From a virus: DNA of 64,000 bases. The stretch spans positions 66,131 to 130,130 of the IMG/VR virus record IMGVR_UViG_3300033552_000001; one strand, 5' to 3'. The notes under the pieces were generated by a model that saw only the letters and a list, made by a program, of their open reading frames with translations, did not search any database and was not told the origin of the DNA. Each line of letters begins with the position of its first letter. Within the stretch, counting starts at the first letter, position 1. The translations under genes were made by a program, and so were the position numbers. This document shows, piece by piece, positions 46,148-56,491 of this stretch.

Positions 46148-47395
46148 TTATAATTTTACAATTCTGTTAAAATCTACAATTTCTAATTTCTGTCTACTAT
46201 CAACTTTTAAAGAACTAATCTTAGCTTTAATAGCTTGAATCTTATCTCCATTAGTTTTATATAATTTAGTCTTTTCTTTTAATGAAGTAAGTACAACATC
46301 TAAATTAATAGATTCATAGTCTACATCATTTATAACTAAATTATCATTTTCAAGCATTTTAGTAACATCGTCTTTACTAATTAAAGAATAAGGAAAATAT
46401 TCACAACATCTTGCCTTGCGGTAGCTGTCATGAGGAAGAGATGTAATATTTTTTGGGTCTACTAAAACAGTAATTAATTGATCACCAAAATTAAGATTAT
46501 TAATATCTTTTAAAGCACCAAAATGTTTACCAGTACTGCATTCAGCTTGAGACTCATCACAATCTTTTCTATCCATTTTAACAGGAAATCCTAATTTAAT
46601 AAGATCTTTACCTGTATGAGCATCTGTAAATACTAATTCATTATCTAAATACAATGCTTCTAAATTACCTTGAATAACTTTAAATTCATTAATTTTCATA
46701 AAATCTATTAACTTTTCATTATCAGTAGAAAAGTATTTATCATCCACTCCAATATAAACAGTATAATTCTTTGGTGACTTTTTCTGTAATTTTCTTCTAA
46801 CATATTCAGAATTAACAAATTTAGCTAAATTCACACTAACAGGTTGATTTTTAGAAACAACCCATCTTGCACCAAAAATATAACCATTTTCAGTAATTTT
46901 AAAACCTTTGTCTTCAATCCAATTCCAAACCTTATCTCTAACAGCTTCATTTGGATTTGATGACAAATTATACATAAAATTAATATAAGGCTCTATGTTG
47001 TCATCTTTGTGCTTTAAAATCAAATCTAAATACTGTTCTGGAAGAATAAAATTAGTGTTTTTTAAAAATACATCCTTATTGACCACTGTAAAATACTTAC
47101 TACTTCTAAAATAATTCAAATCAATAGTAGTAATTTCCAATTGAGCAATTTCTTCTTTTAGTTTATTCTTTTGAAGTTTAGCACTAAAATCTTTAACTTT
47201 TTTAGTATTTGAAGAATGTTTTTCAACAATTCCTTTGATTCTTTTTAAATAAAATTCAGAACCATTAAAATTATATTTTAAAACAAAATCTTTTAATTTA
47301 GTAATTTCTTCTGTGTTTATTTCAAAAGAAGATACAATGTCATCTATAACAATTGTTGCTCTACTTTTAGAAAAATTTAATTTAATGTTTTGCAT
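46148..47395 (-). CDS. rIIB: rIIB-like protein
   Basis: NFMYNLSSNP...ITENGYI; FTDAHTG...GFPVKMDRKDCD...CSTGKHFG...VLVDPKNITSLP...KARCCEY. Confidence 0.85.
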   Translation of the reverse strand: MQNIKLNFSKSRATIVIDDIVSSFEINTEEITKLKDFVLKYNFNGSEFYLKRIKGIVEKHSSNTKKVKDFSAKLQKNKLKEEIAQLEITTIDLNYFRSSKYFTVVNKDVFLKNTNFILPEQYLDLILKHKDDNIEPYINFMYNLSSNPNEAVRDKVWNWIEDKGFKITENGYIFGARWVVSKNQPVSVNLAKFVNSEYVRRKLQKKSPKNYTVYIGVDDKYFSTDNEKLIDFMKINEFKVIQGNLEALYLDNELVFTDAHTGKDLIKLGFPVKMDRKDCDESQAECSTGKHFGALKDINNLNFGDQLITVLVDPKNITSLPHDSYRKARCCEYFPYSLISKDDVTKMLENDNLVINDVDYESINLDVVLTSLKEKTKLYKTNGDKIQAIKAKISSLKVDSRQKLEIVDFNRIVKL

Positions 47396-49398
47396 ATTGA
47401 TTGTTTGTTTAATTTGTTTTTTAACATTCTATTTACAGTATAAAGTCTTTGATAAACTTCTGTTTTTTCTTGCATAGTCTCATAAAAATCATATTCTTTA
47501 TCTAACATTGGTAATTTGATAATATTTTTATCAATTCCCATTTTATCCCCTAGCATTATAATATTACTATAATTACTAATATACTTGTTAGTTTTAAACT
47601 TGGATGCCAAATTGTATAATTCTTTTTTATAATTTTCTAAATATTGTCTAAATCTCCAAGTATCTTTAAACTTTCTTAAATAGACTTCATTACAAATTCT
47701 TTGATAAGCAGATTTAAACATATCTGTTTTAGACCATTCAGATAAAGTAATTACATTTTCAGTAAATAATTTATGATTGCTTTTTGCTGTATAAATAACT
47801 AATACTAATTTTTTATTATAAATATAAGCTTGCAAATAATTATAAATTTCCTGAAAATCTTCTTTATTATCAGTAAGAAATATGTATTTAGCATTTAAGT
47901 ATTCTGTGTTATAGTCTTGTTTGACAACATCGTTATTAATTCTTGCATAAATAACACCACTATTTCTCTTAACTTTAATTACTTTTTTCTTTGGTACTAT
48001 AATATCATCATATTTAAGTAATTTATCTTTCAAATCTTGATAAATAATTTTATTAAAATTATCAATCAATTCAATAGCATTATCAGGAATTCCTATGTTT
48101 AAAACTTCATCAGTAAAATACTTTCTTTTATCATAATTAGACATGTAACTAATATTAGATAAATTCTCACTATTATATTTTAGAACACTAACTCCTTTAT
48201 TATCAATTAATTTTGTTCTTCTTGGATTAAAAGATTTTTCAGTTATATAAAAATCTTTTTTCTGATATTCATATAAATAATTACCATAACCATCTTTTCC
48301 ATTAAGATATTTAAAACTAAATTCATTAAACAAATCACTATATTCTGGAATTTTCATTCCTTCTGGTAGTTTACTATAAGTAATATTAACTGTTGTATAA
48401 TTCAAATCTCTGATATAAAAAGATCTACCATATAATTCAAGATAATTCTTATTATTAATAGCTTTTAAATAATCAAGAATATTATCAAAAGAACTTTCAT
48501 GTTGTTTTTTATACAACTCAAAGATTTCTAATTTAAATTCTTCAATCTTTTCTTTCACTTTATTAATAGTATATTCATCCCATTTTAAATGTTCTCTTGA
48601 TGGTAATATAGTAAGAGAATCAGACAAATCAATTTTTAAAGCTAATGGAATTTTAATTTTATTTATTCCTAATTTATCCCAATTTATAGGATAAGGAGTG
48701 TTTCCAAAGCATATTTCTAATTCATCATCTTTTGTTGGAAAAGTATTACTAAACATAAAAGATGTTCCTTGAATGATTTTATAATTATTATCAAAGTTGA
48801 ATCCTTTAACAAATACATTTTCAAAATATCTTAATTTAGAAAGAGCTTTTTGAAAGTTGTATTTATCAGTATAAGTAACATAAAACCAATAATCAGTACC
48901 ATTCACTTCATTACATTCATGTTGTGTAAGTGGAGTAAATACTGGCATTTGATAGTCTTCTTTATAACAACTATAATAATATTTAATATTATTGCAAACA
49001 GTTGTAATATAAAATGTTTCAGTAGTACACCAAGCTGTATAAAATCCAATACCTAGTGTTCCAGCACTAAATAATTCTCCTTCCTTTGATGAAGCACATA
49101 ATTCTGCAATGTATTTTTTAAATACTTCTGGTGAAATACCTTCTGCTTCATCTATAATATGTAAAGAATTATCATCACTTTTATATTCAATTGTTACAAT
49201 ACCCTGTTTATTAATTCTTTTATATGAATCATGGGCATTAGCTGTTATTTCTTGTAAAGTAGTGGCCTCTTTATCAGAATAAGCATTAGTAAGAATTTGA
49301 AATAATTTTGCTGAACCTTTTTCATCAGTTGCCACTCTTGCTTTGATAGTTTCAGTACCAATACTAAAACTATCTGTTTCTTCAATTCTTTGTATCAA
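47377..49398 (-). CDS. rIIA: rIIA-like protein with N-terminal GHKL ATPase domain
   Basis: YSDK...LQEITANAHDS, IIDEAEGIS, GTLGIGF; directly upstream of rIIB; TTG start. Confidence 0.85.
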   Translation of the reverse strand: MIQRIEETDSFSIGTETIKARVATDEKGSAKLFQILTNAYSDKEATTLQEITANAHDSYKRINKQGIVTIEYKSDDNSLHIIDEAEGISPEVFKKYIAELCASSKEGELFSAGTLGIGFYTAWCTTETFYITTVCNNIKYYYSCYKEDYQMPVFTPLTQHECNEVNGTDYWFYVTYTDKYNFQKALSKLRYFENVFVKGFNFDNNYKIIQGTSFMFSNTFPTKDDELEICFGNTPYPINWDKLGINKIKIPLALKIDLSDSLTILPSREHLKWDEYTINKVKEKIEEFKLEIFELYKKQHESSFDNILDYLKAINNKNYLELYGRSFYIRDLNYTTVNITYSKLPEGMKIPEYSDLFNEFSFKYLNGKDGYGNYLYEYQKKDFYITEKSFNPRRTKLIDNKGVSVLKYNSENLSNISYMSNYDKRKYFTDEVLNIGIPDNAIELIDNFNKIIYQDLKDKLLKYDDIIVPKKKVIKVKRNSGVIYARINNDVVKQDYNTEYLNAKYIFLTDNKEDFQEIYNYLQAYIYNKKLVLVIYTAKSNHKLFTENVITLSEWSKTDMFKSAYQRICNEVYLRKFKDTWRFRQYLENYKKELYNLASKFKTNKYISNYSNIIMLGDKMGIDKNIIKLPMLDKEYDFYETMQEKTEVYQRLYTVNRMLKNKLNKQSICKTLN

Positions 49399-49425
49399 TG
49401 TCTTGTTTGTTTAATTGTTTAACTT

Positions 49426-49806
49426 TTATATTTCAAATATTACAGAAGTATAAACATCTTCTGGGGAATAAGTAAGAACACAATATTCCACAATTCTTCT
49501 AGTACCACATTCTGATCTTCCTATTAAAGAAGATACAATATCATCAAATTTATTTAAATATTCTAAATGTGGACACAATATTGATTTATGTTCTTTGACA
49601 AATTTAATAATTAATTCTTTTTCTTCTTCATCAAAAAAATCTTCTTGCTCATTAAGATTTTCATAATAAAACTTAACTAATTCAAAATAAGCTTCTGCTT
49701 CTTCATAACTTTCAAAAGTAATATTATTTGTTTCATTATGATCTCCATCATTTTCCCAAGATACTACTGTTATAGTATATCCTTTATTAATTACTATTTT
49801 TTTCAT
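49426..49806 (-). CDS. Hypothetical acidic protein
   Basis: GYTITVVSWENDGDHNET motif. Confidence 0.55.
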   Translation of the reverse strand: MKKIVINKGYTITVVSWENDGDHNETNNITFESYEEAEAYFELVKFYYENLNEQEDFFDEEEKELIIKFVKEHKSILCPHLEYLNKFDDIVSSLIGRSECGTRRIVEYCVLTYSPEDVYTSVIFEI

Positions 49807-49989
49807 ATTTGTTTGTTTTAATCAATGTTCCATAAACACTTTTCTGATTGTTCTTTCCAATAATATCTAATCCATTTGTATTTTAATGGATGAAATGGAG
49901 GAAGTAATATTCTTAATATTTTAAGTATTATCATGCATATTCAGCTTCTACAAATTTAAATAATTCTAAACTTTTATCAATGTAATTTC

Positions 49990-50718
49990 TCATACTAATT
50001 CAAATTCATTTACAAAGAAATCATGCAATTGTACATGGTTTTTAAAGAAATTAACTGGATGAGAAACTTTCAAAGAATTAGTAATATTTTGATAAAGATT
50101 GTATGCAGAATCTTTAACACCATAATTATAAGACTCATTTAATAATTCATCTCTTACTAATGCAAGTTGTTGTTGAGTAATAATATTTTCATTCAAATAC
50201 ATCTGACCTACTAAACTTGCACATGTTTTCTTTGTAACTTCAATTTCTTTTAGTCTTTCAAAATCTGCTTTAATTTTAGAATATTGAGTTTCTAATTTTA
50301 AAACACTTTCTGTTAATGCTTTTTTAATCTCTACATTAGCATTACCTGTATGTTTTCTAATCATCATTTCTTCTCCACTCACAGAGCTGTTGGAACACAC
50401 CAGAATACTCATTCCCATTGTATAAGCAGCACTCATAGATTTGTCACCACTATTTTTTAACCCAAGCATCATGTTATAATCACTATCTCCTGAATGGACA
50501 ATCAAGCCACCAACCATTTTTTGTCTACTTGAATCCATTTTATAAAATTCATTAACAACTGTGAAATTACATTTGTCTAATACTTCTAATGAAGTCATTA
50601 TTAACTCTCTATTAGAAATTGGAGTGTAAGTTTGAGTAGCTTGTAAAGGCATACATTCAATAACTTCATCTCTTGTAAATTGCTTTACACCTTTTGCTTT
50701 TAATATTATATTGTTCAT
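49990..50718 (-). CDS. DUF932-family protein
   Basis: TYTPISN...LGLKNSGDKSMSA...ILVCSNS...RKHTG. Confidence 0.75.
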   Translation of the reverse strand: MNNIILKAKGVKQFTRDEVIECMPLQATQTYTPISNRELIMTSLEVLDKCNFTVVNEFYKMDSSRQKMVGGLIVHSGDSDYNMMLGLKNSGDKSMSAAYTMGMSILVCSNSSVSGEEMMIRKHTGNANVEIKKALTESVLKLETQYSKIKADFERLKEIEVTKKTCASLVGQMYLNENIITQQQLALVRDELLNESYNYGVKDSAYNLYQNITNSLKVSHPVNFFKNHVQLHDFFVNEFELV

Positions 50719-50744
50719 ATTTTCTATTTTTATTTTTAAATTGT

Positions 50745-50987
50745 TTATAATTGTTCTGATATATTTTTACAATTAATAATACTATTTTCATCTATTTTAT
50801 AGATAGGTACTCTACCTTCATCTTCCCACTCATAACCATCTCTTTCTAATTCTGCACTTTCAAAACAAATAGCTTTTTGATATTCACACATTTCATCAAC
50901 AAATTCTTTAATTATTTCATAATAATCTTCTCTAACTGAATCACTAATATTAAGATAATCCATCAATTCATTTATTTTATCTTTCAT
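50745..50987 (-). CDS. Hypothetical protein
   Basis: See 25609..25872. Confidence 0.55.
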   Translation of the reverse strand: MKDKINELMDYLNISDSVREDYYEIIKEFVDEMCEYQKAICFESAELERDGYEWEDEGRVPIYKIDENSIINCKNISEQL

Positions 50988-51385
50988 TATTCCAATTGTT
51001 TATAATCTACATTAATAATTTTTTTATTTATGACACAATCATAAATATCTTCAAATGAATAAGTCAATAAGATTTTATTCATTTCATCATCATTTGGTAA
51101 ACCTATAAAAGATTTATTTACATCATATCTAAAATTAGGTCTTGGTGAAGATAATATAGCAGGTTTATTTGCTTCATGGAGTCCCCAATCCCATCTTTCA
51201 TTAAAGTATTTATAAAATTCATCAACACTTTTTAAATAAGAAAATGTTAATATTCCCATAGTAGATAAATAATCATCTTTTGTAGCAAGCCTACAACTAT
51301 GTTTTCTGTCCTTGTATTCTACTACACATTTTATAAATCCTTTTGATAGTAAAAAGTCTTGAAAATTGTTTATTTTATCTTTCAT
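50987..51385 (-). CDS. Hypothetical protein
   Basis: TAATG-coupled. Confidence 0.55.
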   Translation of the reverse strand: MKDKINNFQDFLLSKGFIKCVVEYKDRKHSCRLATKDDYLSTMGILTFSYLKSVDEFYKYFNERWDWGLHEANKPAILSSPRPNFRYDVNKSFIGLPNDDEMNKILLTYSFEDIYDCVINKKIINVDYKQLE

Positions 51386-51557
51386 TCCATTCTTTGGTTT
51401 ATAATAATTCCATTTTCTACTTCAAAATTGTATCTATCTGGAAGATGATTCCTAAATAACATTTGAGGAATACCATCTAATTTATAGATTCTAAAATATA
51501 CATCTTCTAAAAGAATTACATCTTCTAATTTTTCTCCTACAAAATTTATTACTTCCA

Positions 51558-51782
51558 TTATTTTATTTCTTCATGTCTAATTGATAATGTATTAAAAACC
51601 CATGCTATTTTATCATTTTCTATTTCTTCTGATACATCATCATAAGTGATAGCTATAATTCCATCTTTATAAAGGTCTTCTTCTTCTTGTTTATTATCAC
51701 AATATTCATACTCATATTCATCAGAAGTAATTTCATTACCATCTGGCAATTCAATAATAAATTTATATATTTTAGTTTTCAT
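51558..51782 (-). CDS. Hypothetical acidic protein
   Basis: Operon packing. Confidence 0.5.
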   Translation of the reverse strand: MKTKIYKFIIELPDGNEITSDEYEYEYCDNKQEEEDLYKDGIIAITYDDVSEEIENDKIAWVFNTLSIRHEEIK

Positions 51783-52104
51783 TTTTTCTATAATTTAAAC
51801 TGTAATTATTATGTTTTAAAAGCATATTTTTATTAACTGTATAACAATCTAATAAAGAACAAACTGTTTCTAATTCTTCTAAACTACAATTGTTTAGAAA
51901 AGGAGATTTAATAATGTTATTCCATTTATCTTCTGCAACAGCATCATAAGCAATTCTCAAATAACAATGGTGTTTAAAGTTTAAATCAGCATATTGCTTT
52001 TCTAAGTCAAATGCCAATTTCAATATATCAGCTTTTAGTTCTTTTTTATTTATTTCCATACTAACTGTTTGGTATATACGTTTGATTAAAATAATCTTCT
52101 CCAT
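51772..52104 (-). CDS. Hypothetical protein
   Basis: Operon packing. Confidence 0.5.
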   Translation of the reverse strand: MEKIILIKRIYQTVSMEINKKELKADILKLAFDLEKQYADLNFKHHCYLRIAYDAVAEDKWNNIIKSPFLNNCSLEELETVCSLLDCYTVNKNMLLKHNNYSLNYRKNEN

Positions 52105-52288
52105 TGATATAACTTCCTGTATTAATATTATCTGCTACATCAAAAGCTCTTATAATCTGCTCTTTTTCTTTTCTTAATAATTCTGCTACTTTATACACAA
52201 TATTATGTACTTGTAAATTCTCATTCATCTCTTCATGCATTTCATTTAAATGAAGGTAGTCTAATAATTCTTCTAATGTTGTCTTCAT
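52061..52288 (-). CDS. KEKEQII..F...Y(F/Y)NQTY family protein, copy B
   Basis: ELLRKEKEQIIRAF...EDYFNQTY. Confidence 0.6.
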   Translation of the reverse strand: MKTTLEELLDYLHLNEMHEEMNENLQVHNIVYKVAELLRKEKEQIIRAFDVADNINTGSYINGEDYFNQTYIPNS

Positions 52289-52290
52289 TT

Positions 52291-52575
52291 TTATTTTGAT
52301 TTATAAGTTTGATTGTAATACTGTTCAGATTCTGGAATTATCATTTTATGATCTATATTTGGTATATAATAATCAGATGAATTATATTTTCCTTCATTAA
52401 AAGCATCTATAATTTGTTCCTTTTCTTTTTCTAATAACAACTCAATTTGCTTTAAAATATTATCATTTGTTATTATTTTCACATTAAGAATTGTTGATTT
52501 ATAATCAGGATTTAATTTTTTAGCATTTTCATTACTCTTTTTAACAAATTCTTTTAATTCTTCTAATGTTGTCAT
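52291..52575 (-). CDS. Same family, copy A
   Basis: LLLEKEKEQIIDAF...EQYYNQTY; start moved to 52575. Confidence 0.6.
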   Translation of the reverse strand: MTTLEELKEFVKKSNENAKKLNPDYKSTILNVKIITNDNILKQIELLLEKEKEQIIDAFNEGKYNSSDYYIPNIDHKMIIPESEQYYNQTYKSK

Positions 52576-52853
52576 TTTCTTTTTGTTTGTATAATTGTGT
52601 TTAATAACCATTGTCTATCAATAGAATATTGATTATTTGTTTCTAATAAAATAATTTCTAAATCATCTGAATCAAAACCAGAATACATTTTTACAATACT
52701 AACTCTGATTAATTCTTTTCTAAATAATATAGATAATGTTACTCTATTATTATCAATGGTATTTAGAATGGTATTATAATAAACATCTGAATTATGTAAT
52801 GACTTAACTAATTCAAAATCATTGTCAATTAGGAATTCTTCTAATGTTTTCAT
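52572..52853 (-). CDS. Hypothetical protein sharing the MKTLEE N-terminus
   Basis: ATGA-coupled. Confidence 0.5.
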   Translation of the reverse strand: MKTLEEFLIDNDFELVKSLHNSDVYYNTILNTIDNNRVTLSILFRKELIRVSIVKMYSGFDSDDLEIILLETNNQYSIDRQWLLNTIIQTKRK

Positions 52854-53044
52854 TATTTTATTAATTTAAAAGTTTTCATTTACAATTATTTGTATCAAAT
52901 CTGCATCTAAATCCAATATATTATATTTCACAACATATTCATTTTCATTTATTACTACTAAATCTCCTTTATTCAATGTAATAATTTTATCAGGATAATC
53001 TTCTAATAATGACCAAGGGTTTTCTTCAATAATTTCTGTTTTCA

Positions 53045-53236
53045 TTATTTCCTTTTTAAAATGTTAACTGGTTCTTTATTATTTTCTAATAACATCATAT
53101 CAACTTTAATTGCTGCTTCTCTTTCAGTTTTAAATCCTGCTATTCTTTGATTTCTACCTCCAATTTTAACTCTGGCTTCCCATATTCCAAACATATTAAA
53201 ATGAGTGTTTTTAAATTCTCTAATTGGTTGTTTCAA
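53045..53236 (-). CDS. Stand-alone AP2-like DNA-binding domain protein
   Basis: WEARVKIGGRNQRIAGFKTEREAAIKVD. Confidence 0.7.
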   Translation of the reverse strand: MKQPIREFKNTHFNMFGIWEARVKIGGRNQRIAGFKTEREAAIKVDMMLLENNKEPVNILKRK

Positions 53237-53418
53237 TTAATTATTTGTTTAAATTATGAATTTCCATACAATTCTGATTCCTCTTTAATTGATTTAATTT
53301 CTATGCAACCTTCTCCATCATAAAATCTAAGCATACTATCAATGGCTTTCTGAATTGAATATTTACTAATATTAACATCAGCTTCTAATGTTAAAACAAT
53401 TTCTATTTCTTGTACCAT

Positions 53419-53733
53419 TTAATATTTTTGTTTTGTTGTAATATTCTCACTTTTTGTATCAGAAACTTTACTACCAAATAATTCAAAATAGCTTTCATCA
53501 AAAGAAAGATTTTCTGTAATATGAACAATTACATTATCATCCCATTTATTAATGACATTAAAATCAATTATTGCATCATCTTCAAATGATTGTTGTTGAG
53601 TAAACAACTTATTATTTATATAATTATCATGACTTTTTGTTTGATAAACAAAATTTGATTCATCATTTCCAAAATAAATTGTTGATGATCTAACATTGTA
53701 CTGCTTTTGAGAATATGTATATACCTGTTTCAT
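53419..53733 (-). CDS. Hypothetical protein
   Basis: ATGA-coupled. Confidence 0.5.
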   Translation of the reverse strand: MKQVYTYSQKQYNVRSSTIYFGNDESNFVYQTKSHDNYINNKLFTQQQSFEDDAIIDFNVINKWDDNVIVHITENLSFDESYFELFGSKVSDTKSENITTKQKY

Positions 53734-53909
53734 TTTTCTAATTGTTTTAACAATTCATCTGTTAATTCCACAATAATTTCTATATTACTTTTATCTTTAG
53801 GATTAATAGAATTATTAGAACATAACCCAGCTAATATTTTAGTAGCAATATACTCTCTTTTAGTAAGTCCATGAAACTGACTAAATGCCTGTGTGTTTTT
53901 ATTTTCCAT
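53730..53909 (-). CDS. GLTKREY-family small phage protein (59 aa, missing from the ORF track)
   Basis: FHGLTKREYIATKILAGL...VELTDELLKQLEK. Confidence 0.6.
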   Translation of the reverse strand: MENKNTQAFSQFHGLTKREYIATKILAGLCSNNSINPKDKSNIEIIVELTDELLKQLEK

Positions 53910-53910
53910 T

Positions 53911-54138
53911 TTAATTTATTTTAATGTTATCAATTACAATTGGTTTATTTTGAAATAATATAGGATATTTATGAAACTTTGAATATTTACCATCGTAAGT
54001 ATAATAATTAACAGTTTCATCACAAAAACTAACTTTCACAACAAATTCTTCTTTTTGATCTAAATCAACATTTAATACTATTCCTTCACCTTTTCTAATA
54101 TCCCATACAATCATTCCTGTTTTAAAATATTTATTCAT
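53911..54138 (-). CDS. KOW-like small protein
   Basis: FKTGMIVWDIRKGEGIV...YYTYDGK. Confidence 0.55.
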   Translation of the reverse strand: MNKYFKTGMIVWDIRKGEGIVLNVDLDQKEEFVVKVSFCDETVNYYTYDGKYSKFHKYPILFQNKPIVIDNIKIN

Positions 54139-54338
54139 TTTAGTTTATTTCTAATTATACAATAACGACAATTCCCTTTGTGAGTTAATAAACTATATCC
54201 TTCAATGTATTCACAAGAATCAATTTCAATAACAGAATAACTATTATCTAAAACATACTTGTTTTTAACTACACTTGGTGGAGCAGTTCTTTCACAGCTT
54301 ACTAAAGCTAATGAAAATAATACTATTAATTTTTTCAT
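54135..54338 (-). CDS. Small lipoprotein
   Basis: MKKLIVLFSLALVS-C lipobox; IEIDSCEYI...THKGNCRYC. Confidence 0.7.
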   Translation of the reverse strand: MKKLIVLFSLALVSCERTAPPSVVKNKYVLDNSYSVIEIDSCEYIEGYSLLTHKGNCRYCIIRNKLK

Positions 54339-54339
54339 T

Positions 54340-54519
54340 TTATTGTTTATTTAAAAGTCCATTAAAAAATCCTCCAGAATATAATAAACTTAATGTAAAT
54401 ATTGCATTTATAAAAGCTGTTATAAAATTGTATTTACCCTTTCTCTCACTTCCATGTAAAAATGCATAAACAGATAACTCTATAAAAGTTACTGCTAATA
54501 ATATATATTGTGCTAACAT
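54340..54519 (-). CDS. Small two-TM membrane protein (59 aa, missing from the ORF track)
   Basis: MLAQYILLAVTFIELSVYAFLHG...FINAIFTLSLLYSGGFF. Confidence 0.55.
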   Translation of the reverse strand: MLAQYILLAVTFIELSVYAFLHGSERKGKYNFITAFINAIFTLSLLYSGGFFNGLLNKQ

Positions 54520-54583
54520 TTGTTTGTTTGTTTAGTTAAAATTTAATGAACCCAATGTTTTCCAAATTCTCCAATTTCAGACA

Positions 54584-56446
54584 TTAAAACAGAAATACTT
54601 GATTTAAATTATTCATTTCTAATATTTTAATATTTGTCTTGTTAATATAATATTGAAAATCAATTAATAATTCTTGTGGAGTTTTACCATCAGGAGTATT
54701 ATAAACACAAACAGGAGTATCTTTTAATACATTTTCCATTGTCTTTTTAGTATTTTTCTGTTTGTACAAATAAGCTCCTTTTTTACTTACAAATACTCTA
54801 TTTAATTGCTGAACTTTTTCTCCATTGTGATATACTTTAAAAGATTTATCAATTTTCTTACCCATTGTAAAACTGAAAACATTAGAATGATTTTTTATAG
54901 TTGTTTCAACAGGAATGTTGTTTACATAAAATTCTTTTAAAGCAATAGGAATTATTAAAAATTCATTGCCACCTTCTAATTGTTTTTCATATAAAAATTC
55001 ACCTTTCACTTTATGTTTACCTTCTGTTGTCAAAGCAATATAGTCATTAACAGATTTGTAATTTATAAATTTATAAGTGTCAGTTTCCCAAATAATATCA
55101 AATATTTTAGAATGTTCAAAAAGTAAATCAAAATATCTATTAATATTATCATTTTGGACAATTACCTCAATTCCATCGGTATTGCAACTAATAACTGATA
55201 TATTATATTCAATTAACATTTCTACCATTTTAATTAATTGCAATTGTCCTGTAATTCTAAGTCCTAATGCTTGTTCTGGTGCATAAAGCCAAGAATATTG
55301 TTGATCAATAAGTCCAGAGAATGCATTTAAAATAAGTTTAAGAAATGTATCTTTCACTTTTTCTTTATTTTTCTTAGCTGAAAATCTTTGAGCTTTAATA
55401 TCACTATAAATATCAAGCATAACTGTTCCTAAATAAGGTGAAACATAACCATGATTGATAATATTTGTTGGGTACATACTTCCAATATCCTGTGTGTAAA
55501 TAGTTGAAACAGAATCACTTGCATATTTATTACAATCATTTACTGAATGAATACCTCCAACACCCAAAGTAATTTTAATATTCTCACCATTAGGATTTCT
55601 AACAATTATTTCTTCATTAAAAGTGTTATAAGAATTACAAATTCTATTATACAAATCTTGAAATTGTTTAGTTTTAAATTCTATTTTAGGAATAAAATCA
55701 CCAAGTCTAATATTAGAAGGTTTTTCATATTTCCTACCCCTTATGGTTCTTTTATAGTCATAAATGTTACAACCAGCTGGTAAAGTTTTCTTGCAATAGC
55801 TATCTAATAACAATTCAGAAGCTATTTTAGGAGCATCCCAAGAAAGACAATTAAGCCCATATTCATTTCTAATCCAATATCTTAAATTAATTTCTTCTCT
55901 TTTAGTTAATGCAAGCTGTTTAGTGACATTTACATCTTGTTTGACATATTTCCTCACCAAATCAATTTCAAAGTCTGTAAGGTCAACTTTACCATGAAAA
56001 ACAGGCATTTCCATTATATCCATGTCAAGATTATAAGCATAGAATTTTAATGAAATCTTTTTACTAAGCCTAAGTCCTTTTGAAACTAATAAAAAGACAT
56101 CTACTTCTTCATACAATTTATGATATTTATAACCAACGTATTTTTCATCATCATCTTTGATTACTGATTGTGCAATTTCATAAACTTTGGCACAAAATTC
56201 TAAATTACTTAATTTTAACATTTCGCCAATGTTTGTAATAATATAATTAGTAATTAAAGAATCAAAATGTATTCCATTAAACGTTACAATTCTTAATTGT
56301 TGTGATTTAATAAATAAATAAATTTCTGCTAATTCATTTTTGTTTTTACTGATTTCATAAATAATACATTCATCTGAATTGTAGTCTAAAAAGCAGTATA
56401 AAACAATTTCTTTGTAAGTTTCTATGTCTAAAACATAAGTTTTCAT
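54584..56446 (-). CDS. Family B DNA polymerase (crAss type)
   Basis: Exo LDIETY/FNGIHFD/YVKQDV; Pol QDIGSMYP, KLILNAFSG, NTDGI; no intein-sized insertion. Confidence 0.95.
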   Translation of the reverse strand: MKTYVLDIETYKEIVLYCFLDYNSDECIIYEISKNKNELAEIYLFIKSQQLRIVTFNGIHFDSLITNYIITNIGEMLKLSNLEFCAKVYEIAQSVIKDDDEKYVGYKYHKLYEEVDVFLLVSKGLRLSKKISLKFYAYNLDMDIMEMPVFHGKVDLTDFEIDLVRKYVKQDVNVTKQLALTKREEINLRYWIRNEYGLNCLSWDAPKIASELLLDSYCKKTLPAGCNIYDYKRTIRGRKYEKPSNIRLGDFIPKIEFKTKQFQDLYNRICNSYNTFNEEIIVRNPNGENIKITLGVGGIHSVNDCNKYASDSVSTIYTQDIGSMYPTNIINHGYVSPYLGTVMLDIYSDIKAQRFSAKKNKEKVKDTFLKLILNAFSGLIDQQYSWLYAPEQALGLRITGQLQLIKMVEMLIEYNISVISCNTDGIEVIVQNDNINRYFDLLFEHSKIFDIIWETDTYKFINYKSVNDYIALTTEGKHKVKGEFLYEKQLEGGNEFLIIPIALKEFYVNNIPVETTIKNHSNVFSFTMGKKIDKSFKVYHNGEKVQQLNRVFVSKKGAYLYKQKNTKKTMENVLKDTPVCVYNTPDGKTPQELLIDFQYYINKTNIKILEMNNLNQVFLF

Positions 56447-56491
56447 GTTATAGTTGTTAAAATTAGATTGTAAATAAACAAAAAATGTTTA

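Noticed and set aside
54584-56446. Intein in PolB (also checked the DnaB-like helicase)
   Set aside because: Lengths and motif spacing are normal, with no LAGLIDADG or HN-C/S splice signature
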